The translations under genes were made by a program, and so were the position numbers. A DNA stretch of 64,000 bases from Camelus ferus. Taxonomy: Eukaryota. The DNA is taken from positions 68,698,001 through 68,762,000 of the forward strand of contig NC_045696.1 in the NCBI RefSeq assembly GCF_009834535.1, given 5' to 3'. Below, piece after piece: positions 38,326 to 49,942 of this stretch (positions are counted from its first letter, which is position 1; every line of letters begins with the position of its first letter). The notes under the pieces are model-generated. The model did not search any database. It was given only the letters and a program-made list of their open reading frames with translations, and was not told the DNA's origin.

Positions 38326-40829
38326 ATTTATTTTTTTAAATGTAACTTATTTCTCCCTTCCTTGAAATCTTTTAGTCACATTATAGCATGGCTCATGGAT
38401 GCTCAAAGTCCACAGGCAGGATCAGGAGTCTGCAAATGAGGGGGAGAGTCCTGGATTTAGGGTCAGGAGGCCTGGACTCTGGATGTAAGTCATCCTTGTG
38501 CTGGCACACTTGTCTCTCTGGACTTCAGAGTCCTCATCTGTAAAGAGACACAAATATTACTTGGAAATAATGTATATGAAAGTATATCTGGCGGTTATTA
38601 AGAATAGTTCTGAGATGCCATCAACTATAAGATATACCATTATGTTATATATACCCAAAATTTCAAAATTGTGCCATGGGATATTTTAAAGTTACAGGTT
38701 TAGGAGCTCCACCCCAGATTCATTCAATTTGAATCTTCTGAGATGAAGCTCAGGGATTGGTTTTTTTGTTTTTGTTTTTTTTTTAATTTCCCGTATTATT
38801 CTGTTGACGTGATAGTTTCTGAAGCCAAGGTTTGAAGCATGCAGTCAAAGTGTTGAATAACCCAAAATTTAATTCTAAGGTGTGATCTTTGGGGTTTATC
38901 AGTTTATTACATATTCTATAGGAAGCCTTGATTTCTAACTTTGCCAACAAAAACTCATTGCCCAAATATTTTACATTTTCTAACACATTCATGGAATTCC
39001 AGAAAGTCTCAGCTCAGGAGTTGCATATAATAAATACTTTGGTAGAACATGTAAACCAAACTCAGTTCTAGTCGTAGGAATGCTGTAATATTTACTCTCT
39101 TAGTAGTAGCTTTCTCTTCCCTTTCCCTGATTATAAACTGGAGATACTGAGCCCACATCTGTCATTTTACACTTTTATGAATCTAACTGACATACTATTA
39201 GCTCTTTATAGGCGTATGTCAGTTAACCTTTTTGTCAACATTTTTAAAAACTAATTGAATCTTCTTAAAAATTATTTTTCTAAATACCCGTGATTGTATC
39301 CTGAGTAGTGTAATGCTATTACGACCACAGATAAAGCAAGTGTCAAGATTAGAAGGCTACTCTGGACTCCTTGACTCTCTTTTTAGGTCAGTAACAGTTC
39401 ACCTAACCATCTCCACTGCAGTGTCATTCCACAGCCCTCACAACCCACTTTATATGTGCTGCATGATCTCAGTGGAGTCCATGCTCCTGATTTTACAGTG
39501 GAGCAAGCTGATGCCCCTCCTCCAGCAGAGAAAGTAAATGACTTGCCCAACGTCGCATATGAGTTGGCCTACCGATGCTGAGTCTACTCCTAGACTACTG
39601 TCCCTTCCATTCCTCCCACTCCCTATGATCTATTCATGACACATTAGGAAGTTTTTATCAAAAGGTCAGGACAAAATCAGCAGTGTAGCCCAACACAATG
39701 GGAAACTGCCCTGAATCCCACTCAGATCAGTCCTGAGCCACGTAGCTCCCATTTTCTTGCAGATTCCATCTGAGCCTTGGCTAAATCCCAGGAAAACACA
39801 TATCAGATCTGCTGTATATTGGCAGACTTCTGGCTTAGAACATATTTCAAATGCCTCCCATTGAGCATTGGCAGCCTTAAAAAAAAACATGGCCAGGAAA
39901 TTATTCTGGGAGGCTCAGTTGCTCTATGTCACTTTACAAGGAGAAGCTGATGGTTTTCCCTCCCAAGCTCTTCCCTCTGTGCCCAGAACAAATAACTCCA
40001 TTTCCCTGGATGTGCCCTAGATTAGGAGAGGGCCAGCTCAGCTGCAGCGTTAGTGAAGGATATGTCTTTAGTGGGCAGGGTCCTCTGCACAGTGCGGGGT
40101 TCTTCGTGCCAAGTTCTTTCTCCCTTGGTTTTAAAACTCATGTATATTCCAAGAGAAATGTAGTCCATGTGTTTCTGATTCATTTGCACTTAAATCATTG
40201 AAATGTTGTTGTTTGGGAGTTATTTGATGGCTGAGGAGCCTGAAAGTCTTCTTAATGGGACTTTTAAAGGGATTTTTTTCTATTCTGCCTAAAACAGAAT
40301 GCAATATTTTGCTCAAACAGTACCTAGGTTCAAACATACTCTCTCCTCTCATAGACTTACACCGACATTGTCAATCACAGCCTCTTAATAATGCCCAGCT
40401 TAACACAGCTGATCTTTAAAAGTGTTGAAATAGGAGAAACTAGAGAAAACTACGGAACAAGGAGAATTTTAACGAGATTCAAGCCACTGTTCCCCCAAAT
40501 GTGCCAAAGCAGTGTTAGCAGAAGGTGGAGAGTGCATGTGTTTGCCACTTTGGTTAGAAAGGGTGGGAGCCCTCTCTTGGATACACTGAACAGCTAAAAA
40601 AGCACAAAGATAATCTCAATTAGGTCTTATAGAAACCCTGATTTTCCAGATGAAGAAACAAGATCAGATATGTTAACTATTGGACTCAAAGTACACAGCC
40701 TGCTTGGATAGAAAGGAAAGATTACACCTAAATTCTGACTCTGAGTCTAGTACTCTTTTCAAATTGAGTCTCTCTCTGAATGTGGTGTGTGTTTGAAATA
40801 CCATATGCACTATAATATGTTAGTGAGAA

Positions 40830-41225
40830 GCAGTACAATATATTGGTTTAAGAACTCAGATTCTTCCCCCTTCACTTTCTAGCAGTGTGATCTTAGGTAA
40901 CTTACTTAAACTCTCTGGGCAGTTTCTTCATCTGGAAAATAGGGATAATATTACTACCCAGCTACACAAAATGTAAAGATGATTGAAAGGAATTAATACC
41001 TTACTAGAACAGTACGTGACACAGAGTGCTCAGTGAATGTTAACTGTTAGCCATAGTAGCAGTAAGGAGTAATAAAGGGCTGGATAATCTTGGCGAATTG
41101 GGTAACCTCTGAGCCTCAGTTTTCTCATTTGTAAAGTGAGTATGGCGCTCCCAAATTTGTGGGAGTAATTGAGTTGACGTTTGTACCTAGAACTGTGCCT
41201 AACACAGAAAAAGTTCTCAGATGTA
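40830..41225 (+). mobile_element. Two adjacent MIR SINEs
   Basis: gtggtttaagaactcaga...ttacttaaactctctg...gtgctcagtgaatgttaact, then aacctctgagcctcagttttctcatttgtaaa...tagaactgtgcctaacaca. Confidence 0.75.
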
Positions 41226-41299
41226 TTTTTTACACCTAGACGTCTCTCTCCCTATTCAGGACTGGCGGTTATTGTTGTGGGGAAAGGAATTTTCTTCTT

Positions 41300-41856
41300 A
41301 TTTAGCTCGGTTTAGATCAGGTGCTGCGTTTCTCCACAAACCCTGGGTGTAGGCATGTGTACTGGCCGAGGTCCCTCCACAGCCATGGGGTGCGGGGCTT
41401 TCTGGCTGCGGTGGGTCCTCTCCAGGCTGTATCAGGCCTCTGCACACTCTGAGTTGGTAAACAGCACAAGCCTGGCTTTTAAGTGGCAAAGAATAACTAG
41501 CCAACTGCAGGGCTGGCTGCCTCTCACATGCCGGGCCAGCCGCTCTGTTCACAGGAAAACCTGTAGTTGTCTGCAGACAGACAAGCTTTGGGATTTGGAT
41601 CTTTTTCCTTTCCTAGTGTAGTGCAGATGTTAGAATTGCCTTTTTAGTTGGTTGTCCCCATTTAATTGGTGTCCTTTTGCCAGGGTCCCGAAGAAAAGCA
41701 GAGAACTATAGCCATCTGGCAAGGGAAACCAAAGAGAAATCAGACTTTGTCCCTCTCCACCCTCCACACACACGCCCGCACGCGCACACACACACACACA
41801 CCATGATGATACAAATACCTTATTTGAGACGCTCAGTTATTCTCTCTCAGGGGCTG
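41300..41856 (+). promoter_or_regulatory. Putative MASP1 proximal promoter
   Basis: Repeat-free segment directly upstream of exon 1. Forkhead GTAAACA 41457-41463, HNF4-like GGGACAAAGTCTG (minus, 41741-41753), CA/CG dinucleotide tract ~41765-41801. Motifs called by eye. Confidence 0.55.
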
Positions 41857-42184
41857 GAAGCAGCCACAAGGGGTGAAGGAGGGAGCTGGAGGAACGTATC
41901 TTTTAAGGAAGAAGACAGATTCTGTTCTGTCAGGTTCCTCCGAGTGTGTGTAAGAGCAAGTCAGAGGAGAGAGAGAGAGAGGAAAAGGCAGAGGGAGAGA
42001 GGGGGAGAGGGGATCTGTTGCAGGCAGAGGAAGGCGTGACCTGAATGGAGAATGCCAGCCAATTCCAGAGACACACAGGGACCTCAGAACAAAGATAAGG
42101 CATCGCTGACACCACACCGGGGACGAGCTCGCAGACAAGTCAGGCCGGGGGGACCAGGCAGCCAGGAGCACCCAAGACAGGAAA
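41857..42184 (+). other. MASP1: MASP1 exon 1 5' UTR (5' boundary approximate), with GA-rich tract
   Basis: Non-repeat purine-rich sequence directly upstream of the ATG that resembles the human MASP1 5' UTR as I recall it. The TSS cannot be determined from sequence. Confidence 0.65.
42045..42098 (+). other. Short uORF, 17 aa (MENASQFQRHTGTSEQR*)
   Basis: ATG 42045-42047 (G at +4) to TAA 42096-42098 within the presumed 5' UTR. Translation is not demonstrated. Confidence 0.5.
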
Positions 42185-42189
42185 ATGAG
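42185..42189 (+). CDS. MASP1: MASP1 coding exon 1 (ATG AG; Met plus first two bases of Arg2)
   Basis: GGAAAATGAG|GTGAGT: ATG with A at -3, then a consensus donor at 42190-42195. Joins exon 2 (G TGG CTC...) to give MRWLLL, the MASP1 N-terminus. Confidence 0.95.
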
Positions 42190-43832
42190 GTGAGTGCCAG
42201 GGCAGAGTGGGCACGGGGGTCCCTTCAGGGACCAGGTGTCAAGTTGCCCTGGAGGGTCTGACCTTGTCTACAGGCAGACTCACCTGCGAGTCCTGTGGGT
42301 GGTGCAAGGGCTTCTCATCAATCCGGGGCTCTGAGAAGGGAGACTCGGGCTGGGGCCTTCCCTGGGACTCCGGAGACATGCAACTTGAAACGGGAGGCTG
42401 TGTGTAAATACCACCAGACGCCGCCGGAGCTCAGATTTCTCTCTCTGGCAGCACAGGGTGCTGCCTGCTGGCCAATGTGACTTTCCTCCTGTTGCCCACA
42501 CGGCTGAGTTTTTGTTCTCCTGTGCAAAAAGCATTGGTTTAGCTCTTCCAACACTTTCTGAGTTAGATATGTGTTTGTGTGTTTATTTGTTCTGACCGGA
42601 AGAAACCAGCTTCCCACAGCTCAGCTCTGTGGTTTCTTAAACCTTCTGAAGTTTGCTATTTAAAAGCTCAATTTAGAAAACTAAAAACCTGTCCCCATTT
42701 TATAATCCCCTACAAATATCTACATTCCTCACTGAAATCAGAGGCTGCTGGTGGCATGAATCAGGCTATGAATTGCACCAAGTGGCTCTTAAAGGGGTAT
42801 TACAAATTGGAGAAAAAAATCTTTGGAGTTCTCAACCTAGGACCTTAAATTCTAATTGTTTCCAAGCTCTTCAGCATTTTGTATTCCTCAGCCTATACTT
42901 AGAATTACTTGATCCTTGTTACCAGACATTCCTTATAAGTTTTCCTCTACAAGTCTCAAAATCCAACCACCGTAATTATTTTGGCTACTTAAAAGTGCTA
43001 ATGATATTAAAAATACAAAAAACAAAAACACTCTGCAGATATGTTAAGTCCCTTAACACCTCTTTTCCCATTTATTTTCTTCTCAGTTGGAAAAGGGTTT
43101 CTATTTGTTTCTCTTCTGCAAAGTCACTTTGCAACTTTTCTGGGTCTGGGGGCAATGAGGGGCTTCAGCCTGTGATAACTCTGAACTCAGATTACCTGTG
43201 GTTCAATGAGATAATCGGGTCTTTAAAGTTAATCCAATCATTCTGTTCTTTTTAAATCCACTGTAATTTTAAACCTGCCATCTAACTCCATTTTCCTTTC
43301 TCCTAAAAGAGATGAGATTTATGCCCATCTACATTAAATGACAAATTTGATTAATCCGTCCACCATTCGAATCCCACCCTGACACCCAGTGCCCCAGCCA
43401 TACCATACTACAGGGCTAGTGATCACTTCTGTGTCCTTGTGTTTGCTCATCCTTTAACCCAGAATAGCTCTCCCTCTTACTTCCACCTAGAGGACCCGAT
43501 TGTTCAAGCCAGCTCAGACATCTTCTAAGCATCTTCTTTGTGCTGTCTCTGTGTTTGGGAGCTACACCTCTTCTTATCTTTGTAATATCTCCTTGTTAAA
43601 ATGTCCACCTCCTCTTCCAGGACTGGATGTTCCTTAAGGAACAGGACCTATGTCTTGTTCATCTTTGTATGCCCAGCACCTAACATAATGTCTGTTTTCC
43701 TGTTAGGTATTCAATAAACATTGGCTGAATTGAATTCAGTTGTTCAATAGCAAAACTTCTACTGGAAAAGTGCTCCACTAGAAGCCTCTAAAAAGTCTTG
43801 CCTCACATGGACACAGGACTTCAGATTTGGAG

Positions 43833-43906
43833 TTTTTTGTTGTTATTGTTTTTTGTTAATGGAGGTACTGGGGATTGAACCCAGGACTCCATGCATGCTA
43901 TGCACG
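43833..43906 (-). mobile_element. 5'-truncated Vic-1-type SINE
   Basis: T-rich tail plus aatggaggtactggggattgaacccaggactccatgcatgcta; the A-box part is missing. Confidence 0.8.
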
Positions 43907-46900
43907 AGTTTCATCTGGGCTTGAAATTTCGAATGAGGTAAGTATTTATGGAGAAATGAGAATCAAAGAGTTAAACAAATTGCCCAGAGCCACACCAATG
44001 ATCTCGAAAAAGCCCAGACCCATACTTAGATCTTTGGGCTCCAAGTTCAGGGTTTTTTCTACTGTTTTCTGCCAGACCCTCAACCAAGGATGTTATTCTA
44101 CACCAGTGGCTCTCGATCCTAGCTACACATTAGAACCACCTATGGTGCTTTAAAAAATTACAATGACCAGGCCTCACTCCAAACCAATTAAACTAAAATC
44201 TGTTTGGGAGGAGCTTTGGTATTAGTTTGGGGGTTTTTTGTTTGTTTTTTTGTTTTTAATTTCCACATAAAGCCATGGGTTTTTGAATTATTTTTCACAA
44301 GATTAATTGCTTTGGCCAGATGCCTGGGCATGATATGGGCATGGACCCAGCTTCCTCTGTGAGCTTTTGTTATTCCCTTCTTCTGCTGAAGCTAATTCAC
44401 CATATGGCACTGGACATGACACATCACCTCTTGGGGTATCCTTTTCGTCATCTGTCCAATAAGGATGTTGTCAAAGGGATCTGTACAGTCCTTTTCAACT
44501 CTTCTACCCCTTAACAGCCTTGACGTAGTGTAGGTTGAAGTGAGGAGTGAGTGGAAAGAAATAGAAATTGTGAAAAGTGAAATAGAAATTGCTGCTCATT
44601 CCACAACCGTTGATATAGGCCAGCATTTTTATGCATTCCTAAGATTCTGCTCCTACAGTAGAATGCATGAAATCCTAGCTTTATAGGTTACTTCTGACAT
44701 TTCAAGCAAATGTAACTTAACTTTCTGATTAGTTGGAGAATAGATAGCAGGTGTCAGAATTTGTACAGCCGGTGCCTGGTGGATAAGAAGCCAAAAACAT
44801 TCAAAAAGTGTGATGGGAAATGAAAGCCGCCACTTACATCCTTTGATTTGCAGCCCCGAAAGCAAGCAAGCAAACATATGCTCAGGCTTATTATGTGAAA
44901 GGAGAGATTCATTTCATATGTTCGAAACTGTTTTGAGATGCAAACAAAATAGAACAGAAAGCTTCACAGGCCTTCCTCCCACGCTGACCAGTTGCCTACT
45001 ACACATGGTCCTAGGCCTCAGAGGATAGACGGGGCCATCAGCTGGGGCCAGCACCTGATGGAACCAGCATGAGGAAGCTCAGCATCTCCTCCATGTGGTC
45101 TGGAAAAAGCAGACATGGAGAAAGCTGACCTTACATAAGCTGGGTGTCGCTATTGCAGGGAAGTCCTGTTAGGGAGCCAAAGCTCATTCCTAACCCCTGC
45201 TTTTCGGGAAGTAGCCGGATGGAGTAATCAGAACTAATGTTTGTGCCTAGAGCTGGACAGTTAACAAAGTACTTACTTTCCAATCCTCCTTTACTCTGAT
45301 GGCAGCCCTGGGGGTGTCATTATTATCACCAGTTAGTGGATGAAGAAACTGAGACAGAGACCTCACATGACTTCCCAAATGGGTTGGATAAATAAAGTCA
45401 AAGCTTGGACTTGAATCCAGCTCTTCCAACCTAAGATCAGTGCTCTCCCCTCCTGAAGCGAAACTGAACCAGAATCCCCAGATATACCCTTGGTATATCT
45501 CCTCACTTGAAAATGGGGCTGCCCTGGGTCCCACAAGGCAAAATTTCTAGACCCAGCTTTCCTACTAGTTCATGGGAGAGCTTGGACCTATGCCTTCCCT
45601 TCTCTCTGCCTTGGAGGCCCTCCCTCCACAGATTGGTTTAAAAAAATATTGACCCTGGCAATTGGATTAAAACATTTTGTTTCCTTAGTTGCATCTCACA
45701 AGTTGCTATTGTAGGGACCTTGGAAATTTTTTAAATAACTTTTTTTTTATTGAAAAAATAGCACGAAGTCCTTCTAGACACATTTAAACAATTTATATAC
45801 ACAAAAATAAAGTTAAAAACCCTCATATTACCATGTCAGAGATAAACACTGTTAATACCCCACTGATATCCTTCGAGGCCTTTTGCACTTATGTCTTTAA
45901 CTGTTATGAAAATATTATATGACAGCCAGGTAATTTATCTATGTAATTATCTCATTGTGTTTACACACTCAAAAAATCACCTGTGTGCATATATACATAT
46001 ACATTGCATCTGTTTACTGGGAGGGGTGGAGCAGGTTGGGGAGAAAAAACTTCCTGATTGGCCAAACTATAACTATTAATCTGAAGATGCTAGTATAATT
46101 TCCCAGAGGTTACTTTTTAGGCTGTATAAGAGTCTGGCCCCACTTCCGTGGTTTGTTCATTTATTCATCATCTATTATATACTCTCTGTGTAGGCTCTAT
46201 ATTAGGTCTTCTACATACATCATCTCTAATGTTCATGAGAGGCCTGTAAATTAAAGATTATTATCTTCATTTTACATACAAGGAAATGGGAGCTCAGAGA
46301 CTAATTAATAAGATTTCACAGCCAGTAAGTAGAAGAATTGGGATTTGAACCCAAATACATCTAACTTCAGGGGCTGTGCCTAGAGCAATGCAGTGTGATA
46401 CGTGCTCTGACTGGAAGCATGCACGGGGGCTGGGATCTGGAGGAGTGAAGGATACCCCAGATATCCTGGAAATCTTTGAGCTGGATGGTGGAGGATAATT
46501 AAGACAACCAGGTGAGGAACGAGCAGGGCATGTGTAATGGGACCAAGGCCTGGACAGGCATGACGTTCTCCCAGAATGATATGCCAGAGTGTGGCTGCAT
46601 GGAGATGAAGCTGGATGGGCAGGTCCTCACTAGATCAAAAAGAGCTCCTCAGCCTTCCCTGCAGCAGATGCTTTACCCTGCACGTGCGGTGGAGTGGTGT
46701 GGGCACATCTGTGTTTTAGAAAATCAACCTTGGCAGAAGATGGCTGAATGGTATGGGGCCAGGGAGATCAATCAGGATGCAATAGCAATAGTTCAGATAA
46801 GAAAATTTAAATGAATGGACTGGAGAGGAGCAGTGGATTTCCAAAACATAAGAAGCAGAACAAATAGGATTTAGGGAAGAAGCTGATGAGCCAAGTTTGG

Positions 46901-47547
46901 GACATTTGAGTTCAAAGTCCTTGGGTCTTGCTGTGGGAGCAATCTATTTGATGCCTGGTATGGTGTATATTGATCATTAGGGTTTTGACAAGCCTTGGAC
47001 ATTCTGCCTCATTATTGCATCAGCCACTTTGGGTGTGTTCTGTAAGTTTTATTGAATTTTCCTTGCCCCTTATGCAACTCTCAACAGCCCATTATCTCTG
47101 ATTCCTACAGCTGGAAATAAACTATAGGGTTTTGATCCTTTTATAAGATCACCTATCTTTTTTACCAAGAGAAAAAACAAAAAACTTGTTTTGCTCATTC
47201 CTTCTTAATTCAAAAGTTTACATATCTGGATTGTTTTTGTTAATCCATACTACAGATGGGTGATGGGTACTACAGATCCCATCACCAAGTGTAAGTCTCA
47301 TCTCTACAGTATCGTGTTACTATGGCTTACTTTTTAGAAAACTGAATCAAGAGTTTATGATTCTTAAATGAAGCTGAGATGAAGAAATGATACCAACTTT
47401 CACCTAATTATGAAATTTACATTTTTCAACAGGAAAGTGATATGCATTAGAGTCCCAAGTATGGTATTTTCTCGGAAAGTTTAATACTATTATGAAATCT
47501 TTAAAAGAGCACAACTGGAAGAAACTTCAGAAATTGAGTTAGCACAC

Positions 47548-47607
47548 ACTGTCAGTCAGATATAAAATATTTCCATCATCATAGAAAGTTTTGTTGGACA
47601 ATGCTGA
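47548..47607 (-). mobile_element. MER3-like hAT terminal fragment
   Basis: atttccatcatcatagaaagttttgttggacaatgctg. Confidence 0.6.
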
Positions 47608-48010
47608 TTTAGATGCTGTCACATAAGACAAGGTTTAAAGAACTGAGATGAAAAGTTTTAAGCAGGGAAACACAATAGGTCATTTCAAAAATTTAAATAA
47701 TCTATTTTAGGAGGTGAGGAATAGACTATGATATTTCAAAAAACAAAACCAGAATATAGCTACCATTTGAGTGCCTGATGTTCAGTGCTATGTTAGGTCA
47801 ACTTACATATATTATGTTATATAATACCAATCTTGAGTGTGGTTACTGATGAGGAAACTGAGGGCCAGAGAGATTAGTTAACTTTTAGGATTATACAGCT
47901 AAGAATAAAAGGCTCAGGTCTACATGATTCCAAAGAACTATACCGTACTAGATGTAAGCTTCAAAGACAGAATTTACTTCAGTCTTATAAATATAAATAA
48001 GGTAACTTTT

Positions 48011-49334
48011 TTTTTAATTCACTTGTTGATGGACATAGGTATTGTTTACTGTTTTGTTTTTTCATTACAGATAAAACATAAATATTCATGAACATGTATT
48101 TTTCCAGATTTACTGAGGCAAAATTGACAAAATTTGTAATATATTTCAAGTATACAACATGATAACACAATATATACATACATTATGAAGGAATTTCCAT
48201 AATTAAATTAATTGATATATCCATCAACTCGGTTACTTTTTTTTTTACTTTTTTCCCCTTTTCCAGTTTTATTATGTAGCATTATTATAGTTCAACTGCA
48301 CATACACATGATATTGCATGTAAATACATATACACAGTATACTGCACATTTTTTTAGTTTTCATGTATGTACTAATTATTGTTTCTAAGAACAGATTAGA
48401 TCTTTAGCTTTTTAAACTTACATAGTTATCAAAGGAATAAAGCCAACTACAAAATAAGAATCAACAGAATGCGGTAATCCAATCATAAAGGACAGTCAAA
48501 TGTGCTTACACATATTTAAGAAACCAAAATAATAATTAGTTCATTTGTGTCATTATTATTATTATTATTATTTAGATTCTTTATATAAATGATGTCATAT
48601 GGCGTTTTTCTTTCTCTTTCTGGTTCACTTCACTTAGAATGACAATCTTCAGGGCCATCCATATTGCTGCAATTGGCATTATTTTATTCTTTTTTATGGC
48701 TGAATAGTGTTTCATTGTATATATGTACCACATCTTCTTTATCCAGTCATCTGTTGATGGACATTAGTGTTGTTTCTATGTCTTGGCTATCATAAACAGT
48801 GCTGCTATGAATATCAGGGTGCATGTGTCTTTTTGAATTTTATTTATCTCTGGATATATGGCCAGGAGTGGGATTGCTGGATCATGTGGTAAGCCTATGT
48901 TCAGTTTTTTAAGGAACCTCTATGCTGTCCTCCATAGTAGCTGCACCAATCTACACTTCCACCAACAGTGTAGGAGGGTTCCCTTTTTTCCACACCCTCT
49001 TCAGCAGTTATCACTTGTAGACTTTTCAATGATGGCCATTCTGGCTGGTGTGAAGCGATACCTCATTGTAGTTTTGATCTGCGTTTCTCTGACAATTAGC
49101 GATGCTGAGCATTTTTCATGTGCCTATTGGTCATTTGTATGTCTTCATTGGAGAATTGCTTGTTTAGGTCTTCTGCCCATTTTTTGGATTGGGTTGCTTG
49201 TTTCTTTGATATTAAGGTGTATGAGTTGTTTGTTTATTTTGAAAATTAGTCTCTTGTCAGTCATATTTTGCAAATATTTTCTCCCAGCCTGTAGATTGTC
49301 TTTTTGTTTTGTTGATGGTATCCTTAGCTGTGCA
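48011..49334 (-). mobile_element. Composite L1 insertion (L1 body 48533-49334 plus ~520 nt of extra 3' sequence) with 18-bp TSD
   Basis: TSD ATAAATAAGGTAACTTTT at 47993-48010 and 49335-49352; antisense L1 ORF2 C-terminus/3' UTR; two poly-T tracts (48007-48015, 48237-48246). Confidence 0.85.
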
Positions 49335-49710
49335 ATAAATAAGGTAACTTTTGAAGTAGTTAACTATATCATTAGAACAGCTCAAGCTGAACCTGAATAA
49401 TCATCTATCAAGAATACTGGAATTGATCCCTCTGTGAGGAATGTTTTAAAATTGTTCTAAGACTCTGTGAATGGATAATAACTATGGAAACAATGAATTG
49501 AGAAAGTGAAATATAAAAAAAAGAAAGAAAGAAATTGAGTTAGCACCTTCCTGTATTATAGCCTGGGTAAGCAAGGCCCAGCGCAAGGGAAGTCCCTGCA
49601 GCAGGTCAGTGGCACAGATATGCTGGGAACTTGGTCTCTCAGCTGTTGATTTAGTTAAATGGCAAAGACCTGTGTCCATGAATGTGCGTTAATCTATGTA
49701 TGTTTTTCAG

Positions 49711-49942
49711 GTGGCTCCTTCTCTGTCATGCTCTGTGCTTCTCCTTGTTGAAGGCTTCGGCCCACATCGTGGAGCTTAACAATATGTTTGGCCAGATCCA
49801 GTCGCCTGGCTATCCAGACTCCTATCCAAGTGATTCGGAGGTGACTTGGAATATCACTGTCCCAGAGGGATTTCGGATCAAGCTTTACTTCATGCACTTC
49901 AACTTGGAATCCTCCTACCTATGTGAATATGACTATGTGAAG
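49711..49942 (+). CDS. MASP1: MASP1 coding exon 2: signal peptide and N-terminal part of CUB1
   Basis: Acceptor tgtttttcag|G and donor AAG|GTGAGA; 232 nt, so 5+232 = 79 codons. Translation (R)WLLLCHALCFSLLKASA-HIVELNNMFGQIQSPGYPDSYPSDSEVTWNITVPEGFRIKLYFMHFNLESSYLCEYDYVK matches MASP-1/3. The NIT sequon and CUB1 Ca-ligand positions (mature E49, D57) are retained. Confidence 0.98.

Larger units (their letters stand above)
42190..49710 (+). other. MASP1: MASP1 intron 1 (GT-AG, 7521 nt)
   Basis: GTGAGT donor, TTAAT branch-like motif ~49689-49693, TTTTTCAG acceptor; phase is consistent with the two exons. Confidence 0.93.

Noticed and set aside
1..41300. RTP4 or an RTP pseudogene expected from human synteny
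   Set aside because: No RTP zinc-finger-like peptide was seen in the ORF track or by eye; the gene presumably lies outside the window.
41677..42039. 120-aa ORF across the MASP1 promoter/UTR
   Set aside because: Largely translated CA and GA repeats, and its ATGs probably lie upstream of the TSS.
42773..43255. 160-aa intronic ORF
   Set aside because: Non-ATG start, AT-rich composition and no recognisable homology.
48858..49400. 180-aa plus-strand ORF
   Set aside because: Antisense reading of the L1 ORF2 C-terminus, a common artefact.
49682..49710. In-frame intronic ATGs (MCVNLCMFF) as the MASP1 start
   Set aside because: A canonical acceptor at 49710 and exon 1 ATG AG give the known MRWLL start. 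The ORF track simply extends exon 2 into both introns.
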